Assembly: GCF_001194135.2 (NCBI RefSeq)
Contig: NC_068983.1
Coordinates: 143,160,394-143,224,393, forward strand
Direction of reading: 5' to 3'
DNA from: Octopus bimaculoides
Lineage: Eukaryota
DNA: 64,000 nt
Shown: positions 13,300-26,317 of the stretch, in pieces
Position numbering within the stretch: the first letter of the stretch is position 1
Layout: every line of letters starts with the position of its first letter
Translations under genes and position numbers: made by a program
The notes under the pieces: generated by a model
Database searches by the model: none
What the model was told of the DNA's origin: nothing
What the model saw: the letters and a program-made list of their open reading frames with translations, nothing else

Positions 13300-13950
13300 T
13301 AGCCAGCAGTAAGAGTACACTAGTGAAATCAATGATTTTAATGCTTGAGAGATTCCATAGAAGCTGTTGGGAGCTTCTGTTATCTATGTAGCAAAGGAAT
13401 CAAAGTAAGATCTAGCTATGAGGAATTTGAAGGTGGCACGTAAAAGCACCCACTACACTCTCGGAGTGGTTGGCATTAGGAAGGGCATCCAGCTGTAGAA
13501 ACTCTGCCAAATCAGATTGGAGCCTGGTGTAGCCATCTGGATCACCAGTCCTCAGTGAAATCGTCCAACCCATGCTAGCATGGAAAGCAGCCGTTAAACA
13601 ATGATGATTAATGATGATGATGTTTCTACTGCTAACAACAAAGGGATTCTCTTCAGGGTGAAGGGTAGATTGTATAACACTAGTCTATGAACTGCAATGT
13701 TGCATGTGTATGAGGAGACTGTGTGAAGGTTGGGAAAAAATAAGGTGAGCATCAGTTGGAGTGTATATGAGAAGAAACTACACTGGTACAGAAGTGATAA
13801 ATATGGTGTATGATAGTTTGGTAAAAGAAACCTACTAAGCAATCAAAGTAGTAAGGACCCATTGCCAAAGAAGGCTGAAGAAGAAACGAGGAGGTGAGCA
13901 CAATTGGAGGGGCACTGTGTTGGAAAGGACTAACCATCACACTCCATCTT
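13300..13950 (+). mobile_element. Old RTE-clade LINE remnant, interrupted by the insertion at 13436
   Basis: LLTTKGFSFRVKGRLYNTSL..AMLH at ~13630-13710, homologous to the RTE at 41082-41459. Confidence 0.5.
13436..13622 (+). mobile_element. RTE-type 3' end (LINE tail or SINE sharing it) ending in (GAT)n
   Basis: CTACACTCTCGGAGTGGTTGGCATTAGGAAGGGCATCCAGCTGTAGAAAC...CATGGAAAGCAGCCGTTAAACAATGATGAT; same sequence as the 3' end of the RTE at 40310-40500. Confidence 0.75.
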
Positions 13951-14081
13951 TCTTGTTACTCACTCCTTTAGCACTTATTGTAGACATCCATCACACATTC
14001 TCTCTCTCTTACCATCAACCGTCTTCATTTTTTTGTCTCTCTCTTATTATCCCCTCCTCTTTCACTCGTTAACATACTTAA

Positions 14082-14302
14082 CCCTTTAGCATTTAAACCG
14101 GCCATACCCAGCCAAAAGTATTCTGCCTGTTTTATGTTCAAACTGGCCAAATTTGGTCTCTCACACCAACCCTACAATATCGTTTTCAAAATTAATAGCT
14201 ACCTCATCAAAATCTCATAGCTACAAGATAATGCATGATTAGTTCAAAACGATGTAGATAAAAAAGCATTAATTTTGGCAGAATAATGCAAACACTAAAG
14301 GG
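14082..14302. mobile_element. piggyBac-type MITE (221 bp)
   Basis: TTAA at 14078-14081 and 14303-14306; terminal inverted repeats CCCTTTAG(C/T)(A/G)TTT; no ORF. Confidence 0.75.
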
Positions 14303-15924
14303 TTAACTCTCTTTCATCAAACTTTCCTTCTCATAAGAGGAATAACTCTTACATCATCTCTTCCCTTGTTATGTTGTTCACATTGTGTTTTTGATTCAAT
14401 GTCCTTACCTACCAACATACAGCTATCTTTCATTGTCTCTCTCTCTCTCTCTCTCCCATAACCCCCTCCTCTATCACCCTCTTACTTTTATCATTCCATT
14501 TATCCCATCACTCTTGCTCTTATTATCCTCTCACCTCAGGTTTCTATCTTTCATCTATGCCTTGAATGAACAGAGACAACAATGTACTGAAAACTCTTGG
14601 CTTCTGGCGATAGAACAACATTTCTAGTGCTGGTGTCACATTAAAATTACTCAATATACTCTGTAAAATGGCTGGCAAATGAAAATCAACAAAGTACAGA
14701 GAGGAGTCCTTAGTTATGCTGGGTCAATGCAAACTCTTAATGTTAGTGCAATGGTTAAATGCTTCCAGTACATCCTGCTAAGTGGTTGGTATTAGAAAGG
14801 GCATCTAGCCATTGAAACCATACCAGAATGGAGAATACGAGAAGAATTTGAATTCAGAATATAAAGGAGATCTCCACTGATTTTATCATTCCACAGCTTC
14901 TGTTATATTTTAACATGGCTACAATTAATTTCACTTCAGAGCTACAATATTGACACCAGATACTTGAATTTGAATTCATTTTTTTCTTTTACTACTCAAA
15001 TTTTTTAGCTTCAAATTTCAAATTCATCAAATTGAGATGCTTTCAAAAACTGAAATATGTCAAATAGAATTCCCAAAATTCAAACTATCATTAAAAACAA
15101 ATTAATTTCTTTTTTGTCAAATCCAATTAATCATTTTAAAAATTTCTATTTCAATTTTGACTCAAGTCCAAAACATTTTTATTTTACTTCTTTTTCTGCT
15201 CCATTCTGATTTTAGTTTTTGAAAATATAAGCAATTTTAAGTGAGGCAAAAAATGATCTTTGAAAAAAAATCAACTCGGAATTCCCAAAGTTTGATTTGG
15301 ACATTTTTAACAACTTTCTTGTATGTCATTAATTAAATATAGAAAGAAAAGCATACCCATCACATAACGAAAATGTCTACAAGCAGCAATAATTATTTGA
15401 TGGATGCAGAATTAATTCCATTAAAGTATTGGTTTGGTTTCATTCTGAATAAACATTTATCAAGTTTTAAATCTCTATTAATAAATTTAAATAAATAAAT
15501 AAATCCTTTTATGATGGAATTTCTGGAATTTCCTCTTGTTTTTGTTATTTATTTTTATTTTATCTACCATCTTAATCACATTTGCCACTGAATAAAAGAT
15601 GTCTAGCTGGTAGCTTGTTTTAGCTTGTCAGTAATTTGTCTATTTTCTATAATCATTAGTCCAATTTTTTTCAGAAGTGGTTCAAATGATTTAGTTTTTA
15701 TATTTTACTTTTTATATTAACTCTGGGGGATTGAAGAGCTGATCCTAGTAGAAGGAAAGATGAAAGAGAATTTAAATAGAGTTGTACATTTGATTTCATG
15801 ATTTACCATGTTCATCGGGGAACTGCTAAGTGGTTGCTTGTTTGACCAAAAATAGTAGCCAAATTTCTTCTGAACAACACTGTTAAATATGTAAGGGCAC
15901 ATTTGATAATGTAGTCTTAGGTAT

Positions 15925-16435
15925 TGATTTCAAATTTTGACACAAGGCCAGCAAGTTCAGGGGAGGGAACCAGTTGATTACATTGACCCCAGTGTTCAAA
16001 TGATACTTATTTAATCAACTTCAAAAGGACAAAAGGCAAAGCTGACTTTGTCAGATTTGAACTCAAAACATAAAAATGAACAAAATGCTGCTAAGCATTT
16101 TGCCTGGTGTGCTAACAACTCTGCCAGTTCACCACCGTAGATGAAGTCTTAGATATTACTCAATCAGAGCTGGGGTTAAACAGCCATGATCTAGTTTTAC
16201 ATTATCAAGTGACAGTAAAGGTAATTTCTAATTTAGTTACGAGGCCAATAAATTTCATGAGAGAGGTAAGTCAATAATATTAGCTTCAGTGCTTGACTGG
16301 TACTTTCTTTTATTGATCCCAGAAGGATGAATAGCAAAGGTAACTTTGATGGGATTTAAACTCAGAACATAAAGAACCATAACTAAATACCACAAGGTAT
16401 TATGTCAGATACTCTACCAATTCTGCCAATCCACT
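15925..16435 (-). mobile_element. Two adjacent degenerate SINE family A copies (~15925-16137 and ~16225-16435)
   Basis: Both carry ATTTGAACTCA(G/A)AACATAAA and GGCAAAG cores in reverse orientation. Confidence 0.7.
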
Positions 16436-17248
16436 GATATACCAATAACAAACACAATAATAAAAGTAGCAATGCCATATTCACAAACTAACAATTTCCT
16501 TCATATTTTGATCTTAGTTTTCCTAGCATATCAAATGTAAGCATACATTTATCAGTACATTTTTCACAATTTGATGAGATGTAAACTAGTGCTCCAGAGC
16601 AGGTGAGAAAAAGGATTTTAGTGAGTCAAGTGTCTGACTGAGATTCCTTTACAGGTTAATATTTCATTTGGATTATCCTTACAAAAGGATGAATGTCAGA
16701 GTATGCTCCTGTTCCAGGAGCTAGAACAACTTGGACCATACCTCAGTGGGAACATGATGCAAACTTTGATTGGTCAAGAGGGCAAGGATCTCAATTTGCG
16801 TGGACCAGGCGTCTTCATAAACTTCAAAAAGAGATATTTATTCAATGCTCTCATGAAAGAAAATTTATGTTGAAATGGGAACTGTTCAAATGGGAACTGT
16901 GCAGATACTGCCTACTTTGGGATGCAACTAGAGTCTGTCAAAGGGAGATAACTCCATTTCACCCAGTAGGGATGTCACTTAGTAGAGCTTCCTTTTAGGG
17001 ATTTTTTCGCAACCCTGACTGACCAAAACTGTATTCCTACCTCCTGTAGTAGAGAGGCTATGTGCCTCCAGCTAGTAGGTCTGATAAATCACCTGTATTG
17101 CTAAGAGCATACTAGGAGTGAGGCTAATGGTTACTCTTTGACTGGTCATGACCAACATCTACATTATATATATCTACATATATATGATTAAAATCCAGCA
17201 TAATATTCCTAGCTTCCAAGTTTAATATATATATATATATACATATAC

Positions 17249-17296
<48 letters not shown>

Positions 17297-17298
<2 letters not shown>

Positions 17299-17487
17299 CG
17301 CCAGTATTTTAATGGTGGCAGCTGATGAAGGATATGTCCTCTATGTGGCCTGCTTGTTTTTTGTACCTTGTTTATCATTTTGTCCATGTTTTTTTTGCAA
17401 CGTCATGTACCCAGATATGTATCTATATGTACATGCAGATGAAGGTATGTAAATACATGTACATATATATGCATATACTCATATATA
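17297..17487 (+). repeat. Unclassified ~190-bp dispersed repeat, copy 1 (near-identical to 30662-30850)
   Basis: Track ORFs 17255..17452 and 30677..30943 share ADEGYVLYVACLFFVPCLSFCPCFFCNVMYPDMYLYVH. Confidence 0.8.
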
Positions 17488-17904
17488 GTTTGTTTAGTCT
17501 TTTTTTACAGTTTATTATTTGGGCATTTACTGTCTCTATCTATAATGAACAAAAGCTATGTTCATATAGTAAAGAACAACAAGTATTAATATTTCTGCAT
17601 TCATTTCATGTAGACAGTTAAATGTTTTCACAGACCTCCCAGAGAACACTGTCACCTATTTCCCACTGGAAGTGTGGGAATATAGAACTAAAGTGCCCTG
17701 CCTAGAAACACAATGAAAGGCCAGTTCTGGGATTGAACCCGTGACTTATAAACTGTTAATTCAATATTCAGTATCTAGTTTAATCATTTCAGAATTTAAC
17801 TTTTTGTAAGAAATTTGGTGAAGAGAGAAGGTAAATAAGGTGTTACATTCAAAATTTAAAATATGAGCTAAGGGAAATAGCTCAGGTAAACCAGTAAAAA
17901 AAAA

Positions 17905-18255
17905 AAAAAAAAAGGCAAAGACCCTTTGGACATGAATAATCAAGGGAATTGCACCTAGAAAGTTCCCCCCTGAGGCACAACTCCAGGTAAGGTTGTTTTG
18001 TGGAAGACCAGCAGTTGCCCGTGCACACCAGTCTCCCCACTCTTCATGCCACTGATGTCGTCCAAGGGAAAGGCAAAGACCAATACAGCTTAGCACTAGT
18101 GACATCACAACTCATTCCTACAGCTGAGTGAATAGGAATAACAGGAAATAAAAGTGTCTTGTTCACGAACACAACACACAGCCCGGCTCAGGAATCGAAC
18201 TTACAACCTCAAGATTGTAAGCCTGACACTCTAATCACTTAACCATATGCTTTCA
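17905..18255 (-). mobile_element. tRNA-derived SINE family B (tRNA head, then TGTGTTCxTGAxCAAGACACTTT domain)
   Basis: Reverse strand shows an A-box-like TGGTTAAGTGATTAG and B-box GTTCGATTCC; homologous to 60630-60940. Confidence 0.75.
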
Positions 18256-19016
18256 TAGGTAGACCAGTAACATTACAGTATGCAAATCAGATACTGAACG
18301 TTGTACACAAAAACTTCCCAGTTAACTAAAATTTCCTCTTTAAGTTTGAGAAAGACAACAAAACCTAACAGCATTTGTCGGTGACTCTCACAGAAAAGGA
18401 AGATATTTTTAAGAAATTAAGGTTTAATTTCAACGATATAATGATATAATAGTCATAAAGTATAATCAGTAGGAACTTCTTATTTTTGACAACTGTTCCC
18501 CTAAATTCCAAGCCTCGAGTGGACGGAGCATATTATGAAGATTAATTATTATTTTTTGTAAATCTCAAATTATCCTCAACGACCCTCTGAACCTGCGGGT
18601 TAGTAACATATAATTATAAATAAAAAATAAAGCAATCCTATGAAACTACTGATAGTCTGTAGCAAGACACCGTTCATCCCTCTCCGGTCATAAACACATT
18701 TTATATGAGGTTGCCAAGAGTTATTTCCCTTATCCTCTGTTTCCATAGCACATTTTTTTCTCTTCATGTTTTATCAAAACTATTAAGTACTGAAATAGAT
18801 ACGTTAAATATTTGTTCTAGTATGTTCCTGATAGAGATATTTAATCATCAGTGTAGCCAAAGGAATTTGTTTTGGTTCCAGGTGAGCATAGGTATTATCA
18901 GCTGGATAATAATGCAAGGATCCAGTTCACTTGTCTTATTGCATTGGTCTAATTTTGAAATTTTAGACAGCAACCTATAGTCCGAGGTGTACTGTTCTTG
19001 TTTCAATGAATGGTTA

Positions 19017-19225
19017 AAGGCGGCGAGTTGGTAGAAATGTTAGCACGCCGGGCGAAATGCTTAGCAGTATTTCGTCTGTCTTTACGTTCTGAGTTCAAAT
19101 TCCACCGAGTTCGACTTTGCCTTTCATTCTTTCGGGGTCGATAAATTAAGTTGCGTACTGGGGTCGATTTAATCGACTGGCCCCTTCCCCCAAAATTTCA
19201 GGCCTTGTGCCTAGAGTACAAACGA
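19017..19225 (+). mobile_element. Young SINE family A with tail type 2 (GGCCCC..AAAATTTCAGGCCTTGTGCCTAGAGTA)
   Basis: Head is nearly identical to the 12497 copy but the 3' part differs; this is the tail type found in the satellite monomer. Confidence 0.9.
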
Positions 19226-20042
19226 AAAAAATGGTAATCTTTACCATAAGATAGGCTGCTATAGAAAATTGGTTCAATTTTTTTTAACAACTGTACCAGG
19301 GTACATAACTCTTCATGCTCAAATTTGTTAGGTTAAAAAAGAGAAAAATTGATTCCAGTTACAGTTCACAGCAGCAGTAACAGCAGCAGTAACAGCAGCA
19401 GTAGTAGTTTTTGTTTTTGCTTTTGTTTAGTTCAACATCCAGTAAACTCTTGCTCACGAACAATTACAAGCATTAAAAAGAAAATACATAGAATTCTGGT
19501 TCAAAATATTTGGAATATTTTGGTAATAACCATTAGGAAATCACTGATTTTCTCAGATTTTATAAAAAATAAAACTTTCTTTACAAAATATTATCTAAAA
19601 CCAATATAACACAATTTCAATGTTGTATGTATGCAATCAATACACATTCATTGCTGGTTGTATTAATATAATATAATAATTAATCATAATATAGTAACTA
19701 AAATAGACAAGCTGACAGACATGAATCAGACATGGAGTGGAGAGGCCATGAATGGTGATGGAAGGACTTTGACAAACCTAGCTGATTGGTTGATTGATTG
19801 AATGGTTAATAAAACAATCAGTTAATTAGTTAAATATTAACTAATTAACTAATATAATAAAGGAAGGGAAATAGAAACAGTGCATGTGTTTATTATTGGC
19901 ATAATGACCCCCTCCCCTCAGATACAACAAAATATGTTTCAACACACTAATTCACAGTTCTATATTTAAGAGATGAGGAATTATGTACATTATTTACATT
20001 ATTTACATTTGACGGATATTTGTTCTCATCTTGTTTGTTGTT

Positions 20043-20088
20043 AATACAACGTTTCGGCTGATATACCCTCCAGCCTTCATCAGGTGTT
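20043..20088 (-). ncRNA. Minimal type I hammerhead ribozyme motif (no intramolecular stem III)
   Basis: Minus strand reads AACAC-CUGAUGA-A-GGCUG-gagggtatat-CAGCC-GAAA-C-GUU-GUAUU: intact core, perfect 5-bp stem II, GUU triplet, stem I with one mismatch. Activity is not demonstrated. Confidence 0.6.
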
Positions 20089-20312
20089 TTGGGGGAAATT
20101 TTGAAACTGGGTTCTCATTCCTGAGGTATTTTTCGATGTTATTATTATTATTATTATTATTATTATNNNNNNNNNNNNNNNNNNNNNNNNNNNNNNNNNN
20201 NNNNNNNNNNNNNNNNNNNNNNNNNNNNNNNNNTAGTAGCCCGCACTCTTAACCAGTGGTTAAGAGCATGGGCTACTAACCCCAAGATTCTGAGTTCGAT
20301 TCCAGGCAGTGA

Positions 20313-20377
<65 letters not shown>

Positions 20378-20434
20378 GTAATAACATCGAAAAATACCTT
20401 AGGAATGAGAACCCAGTTTCAAAATTTCCCCCAG

Positions 20435-20477
20435 GACACCTGATGAGGGCTGGAGGGTATATCAACCGAAACGTGTT
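20435..20477 (+). ncRNA. Degenerate second copy of the hammerhead motif
   Basis: GACAC-CUGAUGA-G-GGCUG-gagggtatat-CAACC-GAAAC-GUGUU; one stem II mismatch and a 3-nt deletion at the cleavage triplet. Confidence 0.35.
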
Positions 20478-20889
20478 AACAACAAACAAGATGAGGACAA
20501 ATATCTGTCAATAATGTAAACATGTAAATAATGTACATTAATTCACATCAAAAATCTTGCAACCAAGTACAAAAATAAAATAATTGAAATAATAAACTGT
20601 TAAACCTGCAGTCAAATAGATAAATAATTTGTACTACAATAATGATATTAGTTGTTTTGTATTCTATCTTGCTGTGCTGTGTTCTTTCAAAAGACACTTT
20701 AATTTCCAGTTCTACCCCTCCATCCTCTCTTCTAAAATGTGATTAGTCATGCAGTTCTTCTTCAACAAGAAACTTGTTTTCCTCTGGCCCTTCTCTCTCA
20801 CATTTTACCTCTCTCTACCTCCCATTTTTCTAGCATAAAGCTCCTCCTCCCTACTTGTGGTTTGTAGTCTTGCAAGCTGCATGACAACC

Positions 20890-21200
20890 CAACTAGTACT
20901 GGTGGCTCAAAAAAAAAAGCACTCAGTACATGCTATGAAGTGGTTGGCATTACAGGCATTGGAGTATGATGCAGTCCTTGGGCTCATTGTGTCCTGTTAA
21001 ACCATCCAATCCATGCCAGGCATTAAAAGATGATGATGATGATGATACACACACATACACACATATGATGGACTTCTTTCAGTTTCTATCTAACAAATCT
21101 ACTTACAAAGTTTTGATTAGCCTAGGGCTATCAAGGAGACACTTGCTTAAGGTGCCCTGAAGTGGAATAAACCCAAAACCATGTGGATGGAATTATGACT
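20890..21200. mobile_element. Degenerate RTE-type tail (+) followed by a short SINE family C remnant (-)
   Basis: GTGGTTGGCATTA..CCATCCAATCCATGCCAGG..(GAT)n, then GACACTTGCTTAAGGTGCC. Confidence 0.5.
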
Positions 21201-22309
21201 GTGGTTACATCTGTGGTAAGGCATGAACAATGACTGCTTTAGTATTGAATTTTTTCTAATTAATTTTTCGTTTTTTTATGCCTTAATTGGAGAAGGAAAT
21301 GCAGTACTCATGGCGTTTGTACTTTGAGATTGGTTGGGGAATGGGAGAGAGAAAGCATGACTCATAGTTGCTGCAGAAGAGAATATCACATCAAGATATT
21401 TAGTTATCCTCTGATTGGATATCTGGTTCAAATGCTTATAACATTGTTGCTGGCAGTGGCATTAACTCTTATCTAAGTAGTTAATCTGTAGTGAATGATT
21501 ATGCCTCTTCATCTGGATGAGTGTGAAGGGTGCCAGTCCCTGAGGTGGCTGTTCAAGCCAAGGGCAGTATAGAAGAGCTGGGGACATTTATTGCCAAAGG
21601 TACCTCAGGGGCAGGTGGCAGTGTTAAACTGGGCAATGGATTAAGTCAACCAAAAGAACTGTATGGTATGTAAGAAAGGGTTGTTCCAACAGCACTAAAG
21701 TATATTGGCTTAATAATATACTAATTCACTTTTTATTAATGTCCTGAATCTATTATTAATTACTGGCTTTGATTAATTGCTTGAGTACTAAAAGCCTATT
21801 CTTCAGTAAATGAGGATAAACTGATTAGTTATTCTGTAATATTTTCCTTCTACTTCTTCGTTATCATTTAATTTCTCTGTTATCACCTGGTTTCTTGTTA
21901 TCTTCTGATTTTTTTGAAAACAATATTGCTGTGTTTTTGTTCTTTGTTTTGTTCTCTTCAACCCTGAACTAGCAGATTTATAATCAAAGACGTTCCAACT
22001 GCGACCATTCCACTTTTTATTGAGACACATTGTATGTAGGACTACATTAAAATATTTATTTCCCTTTTGGAATTGGCATTATGTGATTTGAGGAAGATTT
22101 GGCTGCTATTTTTAATAGTTTGAATGGCAATGTTGAGGCTCCTTTGTTGGTTCACATAGATACCACTTTGTTGCAAGTTCAGTTAACTGTTTATGTTTCC
22201 ATTGGCCATCTCACAATCAAATCTTTTTCTTGGATTATAGTGTGAATGGCTGAGTGTGATTACTGTGTGAGTGTGAGTGTGATTACTGTGTGAGTGTGAG
22301 TGTGAGGGG

Positions 22310-22455
22310 GAGGGGATTAGTTGATTACATCAACCCTAGTGCTCAACTGGTACTTATTTCAACAACCCCAAAAGCAAAGTCAACCTTGGTTGAATTTGAA
22401 CTCAAGATATAAAGATGAATGAAATGCTGCTTAGTATTTTTCCCAACAGTAATAA
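22310..22455 (-). mobile_element. Degenerate SINE family A
   Basis: CTCAACTGGTACTTATTT..AAAGTCAACCTTGGTTGAATTTGAACTC core. Confidence 0.7.
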
Positions 22456-22464
22456 TAATGGAGT

Positions 22465-22856
22465 GGAGGCGCAATGGCCCAGTGGTTAGGGCAGCAGACT
22501 CGCAGTCATAGGATTACGGTTTCGATTCTCAGACCAGGTGTTGTGAGTGTTTATTGAGCGAAAATACCTAAAGCTCCACGAGGCTCCGGCAGGGGATGGT
22601 GGCAAACCCTGCTGTACTCTTTTCACCACAACTTTCTCTCACTCATACTTCTTGTTTCTCTTGTGCCTGTAATTTAAAGGGTCAGCCTTGTCACACTCTG
22701 TCACGCTGAATATCCCCGAGAACTACGTTAAGGGTACACGTGTCTGTGGAGAGCTCAGCCACTTGCACATTAATTTCACGAGCAGGCTGTTCCATTGATC
22801 AGATCAACTGGAACCCTCGACGTCGTAAGCGATGGAGTGCCAACAACAATAATAAT
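22465..22856 (+). mobile_element. Well-preserved tRNA-derived SINE (~390 bp) with an (AAC/AAT) tail
   Basis: A-box TGGCCCAGTGG, B-box-like GTTTCGATTCT, CpG retained; the body is homologous to the minus-strand remnant at 60330-60510. Confidence 0.8.
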
Positions 22857-24823
22857 GGGTTTATTGTATATCATGCTCAGATGCACTACAACTCATCAAA
22901 AAGAGGTAGTAGAGGGGACAGAAAGTAGCGGTAAGTCAAGTAAGAAAAGGTGACAATGAAAGCCAAAACTGCATGCACAGTACATAGAATAATAAAAAAA
23001 AGGTGGAAAACTGGGCCACCCACAATAGTGCCATGAAAAGGAAAGTGTGGCACATTAGAAGTGTTAGCAAATTTTGAGAACCATGGAATTTTTCAATGGT
23101 GCAATGGCCTAACAACTTATGTGGTTAATCTATTCCATGCCTGAACAATTCTAAAAATGAAAAAAAATGTTTCTAAAAGCCATGAGTGCTTTTAAATTTT
23201 TTTTATTTTATTAGCATGTAATGGGTTTTTTTTCCAAGACAGCAAGATGAGCTTTGAGGTAGACTTGCCTGCTATTTCTTTGTGGAAACTTCTTTAAAGG
23301 ATTCAGCTGTAAAGGAGTTTGAATAGCTTATACCACAGTGTAGTATTGTCTACTATTGTGAATAAAATATTTACTGGCATTCCAACAACTTGTATAACTA
23401 AACTGTAGCACTAAGGGTGCCTCTGTGAAGTTGTACAATTTACTAAAAATAACAACCAATATTTCCTCAAAACTCACAGTCTGCTAGCCAATAGAAGAGA
23501 AGAACATTATCTAATAGATGACATAGTTGTGAATATAATAAAGAGACGGGGGTGCTTTTAATTGAAAGTTTACTTGAATAAGGTTGACTGGATAGTAACA
23601 TAGTAAATGAAAAGAGGCTTCATCATACCTACATGCTCTAAACATATCAAGTCCTCAATGGAGACTCAATATACCAGTAATGTAAGAGATTCAGCAATCT
23701 ACTCATCTCATTTTTAAGCTGAAAGAAAATTTTATTCAATACTAGGAATGATATCTTATATTTCTTTCAGTTATTGGACTGCAGCCATACTGGGCACTGT
23801 CCTGAAGGGTTTAGTCAAATACATTGTCCCCAAGGCATATTTTTTGAAGTCTAGTCTTTTCTCATTTTTCAGTTTGAAGTAAATAATAAAACAGTGAGGT
23901 TTTACAAATTGAAGTGGTAAGGGTATAGAATGGTAATTGAATGGTAAGTGAATGGTAACTGATATCTGGACTTATTAAAATTTATTTCAGTATTCTCACC
24001 TCTATATTTTTTATCATTTCAAATTTAAATTACAACTTTCTTTTTCTTGAATTTTAAATCATAATTAAGTTCAAATTTCTCATGTCAGTTTTTTACATTT
24101 TTTTTCTATTCAAATATTTTGATTTATGATAACATGTTTTCTCAGTTTCAAATATATATTGAAAACCAAAAACAAAATGAGTTACAATTCTCATTCTTGA
24201 AATTCCAATAAAATGAATTTGTATCAAATATGAGATCCTTTGATATCACAGTCTGAGAAGTTATAACTGATGAAATGAAAAGGAAAATTACATTGCAGAA
24301 TGTTAATTAACTGAAGACTTTACTAGGTTAATTTTATATATTTAAGAGAGCAGAATCTCTGAATAAGAACTAACTTGGAATATGATGATGTGTATAATGA
24401 TGCTAGCATTGAAAGTGGTACTAAAAATGTTGATGGTGATGATGTACACATACACATTTGTTACAACACAGTGTAAATTAGAAGAACTGAAATACATTTA
24501 AATATTACAAGGCCTCTCTCTAGGTTGAAAAACAATTTACAACACCTACATACATTGCAGGCTTGGTGTATCAAGGAAATGTGACAGTTAGATAACAGGA
24601 TTCATAGTAAGAATATGTGGAGAGAGAGGGGGGGAGAGTGAGAAAGAGAGAGGAAAAGAAAGAAGGAGAAAGAGGGAGAGAGCAAGAGAAAAAGGAGACA
24701 AAAGAGACAAGGAAAGAGAAGGGGTGACATGTGGAGGAATGTATAATTATCAGTGGGTGTATGTATATAAGATAGATAATTGTGTAATGTTACCACCTGT
24801 GTAGTTCCTAAATAGCAACGAAA

Positions 24824-24904
24824 ATGTTTTGTGAACTAATACTAGTTAACATGTTTTGTGAACTAATACTAGTTAACATGTTTTGTGAACTAATACTTAG
24901 TTCA
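24824..24904. repeat. 27-bp tandem repeat, three copies (ATGTTTTGTGAACTAATACTAGTTAAC)
   Basis: Units start at 24824, 24851 and 24878. Confidence 0.9.
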
Positions 24905-26088
24905 TGCATCTTTGTATATATATCAGTTATTCTTGTGCAATCTAATACATTCAGCTAAGAATGTATTAAATTGTGCATATGTGTGTGTGTGTGAGGTGTG
25001 TGAGTATGTGTGAATGTGTGCATGCATGTGTGTGTCAGTATATCTTTTCGTCAGTTTATACATTAGTTTGCTAAGGTGACAACCCATCTATGTGCGTATC
25101 AGATTTGTTGTATAATTATCACTATCAAACTATCAATCAATAAGTATATCAATAAATCCCATATATTTGTCTAATTGCCTATGCAATCAAGTCTGTCCAT
25201 TAGTAGGGGTATCAACCTCTGCATGTATTTGTGTGTGTGTGTGTGTGTGTGATATGTAGGGACTGTGTTAATGGTGTGTATATCAACAGAATGCAAGTGA
25301 AGTGTAATAACATGTAGTCAATGTTTATGTAGTGGTTGTGTAGTATGTAAAGGACAAAGAAAAAGATAATCATATGTGATGTGTGCCTGTAAGTATTACA
25401 TATAGGTGTGTGTGTGTGTGTGCACATATGGTGTGTTATGGTGGAGTGCAATATAGATGGTTAGACTTCAGTGGAGGGGTGTAGTTCTGTGAATGTGACC
25501 ACACTGATTATATCTATAATACAGAAGCATCTGAGGTAGAAAATGAGGTACTGTTCTTTATGATAGTAAGGAGTGAAGAAAACATGGTATAAAATAGCAT
25601 CACAAACCCAGAAGCAGAAAATACCATGGGTGGGTAAGTTTAATAGAAAAGTGGCAGCCATAGTTGAAGTGTTGTTTGGTGACCCATTGACCTGCTTCCA
25701 GGATTTTCCAATGCATGAGAGACTAAAGAACCGACAGTAAATCACATTTCTTGTGAAATGACTACTGATGATGATCTAAGGAAGATAGTAATGTTGTGGA
25801 TGTAAGGGTTCGAATTAGAGTAGGTTCGGGGTAGAGAGAAAAAATCTAAGTTGAGTGTCAGGTGTGTTGAAGAGCAATCGACTAAAAGGTCATGCAAATT
25901 AGGGAGTTATTTGAAGGAAGGGAGAGAATTTTTACAGGATATGGGGTCAAAGTGAAGGAAGTGCAAAATGCACTGGATGAATCGTTAAAGAAAAAAGGCA
26001 TTGAAGCAGAAAGTGTGGGGAAGTGAAAACTGTCCTGCATGGTAGGGTAGATGCTGGGAGAGGGGGGCAGAGATGAGATCAACACGTT

Positions 26089-26317
26089 GAGCTGGCAGAA
26101 ATGTTAGCACTCCGGGCGAAATGCTTAGCAGTATTTCGTCTGCCATTACGTTCTGAGTTCAAATTCCACCGAGGTCGACTTTGCCTTTCATCCTTTCAGG
26201 GTCGATAAATCAAGTACCAGTTATGCACTTGGGGTCGATGTAACCGACTTAATCCCTTTGTCTGTCCTCGTTTGTCCCCTCAATGTTTAGCCCCTTGTGG
26301 GCAATAAGGAAATAATA
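26089..26317 (+). mobile_element. SINE family A, tail type 1
   Basis: Near-identical to 12497-12726; degenerate TSD-like GATCAAC on both sides. Confidence 0.9.

Larger units (their letters stand above)
19954..20549. mobile_element. Head-to-head fold-back pair of a composite element: truncated tRNA-like head, (AAT)n, ~160-bp tail with hammerhead motif
   Basis: Axis at 20256 (TAGTAGCCCGCACTCTTAACCA-G-TGGTTAAGAGCATGGGCTACTA, 19/22 match); B-box GTTCGATTCC at 20294-20303; tails 19975-20150 and 20380-20549 are inverted homologues. The 67-N gap at 20167-20233 hides part of the left arm. Confidence 0.75.

Noticed and set aside
16693-16998. 101-aa ORF in GC-richer sequence
   Set aside because: No motif recognised and no consistent exon boundaries; it may be an unclassified repeat.
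20254-20315. tRNA gene calls for this and other A/B-box sequences (12497, 18170-18255, 22465)
   Set aside because: There is no complete cloverleaf or acceptor stem, and each continues into a SINE body, so these are tRNA-derived heads.
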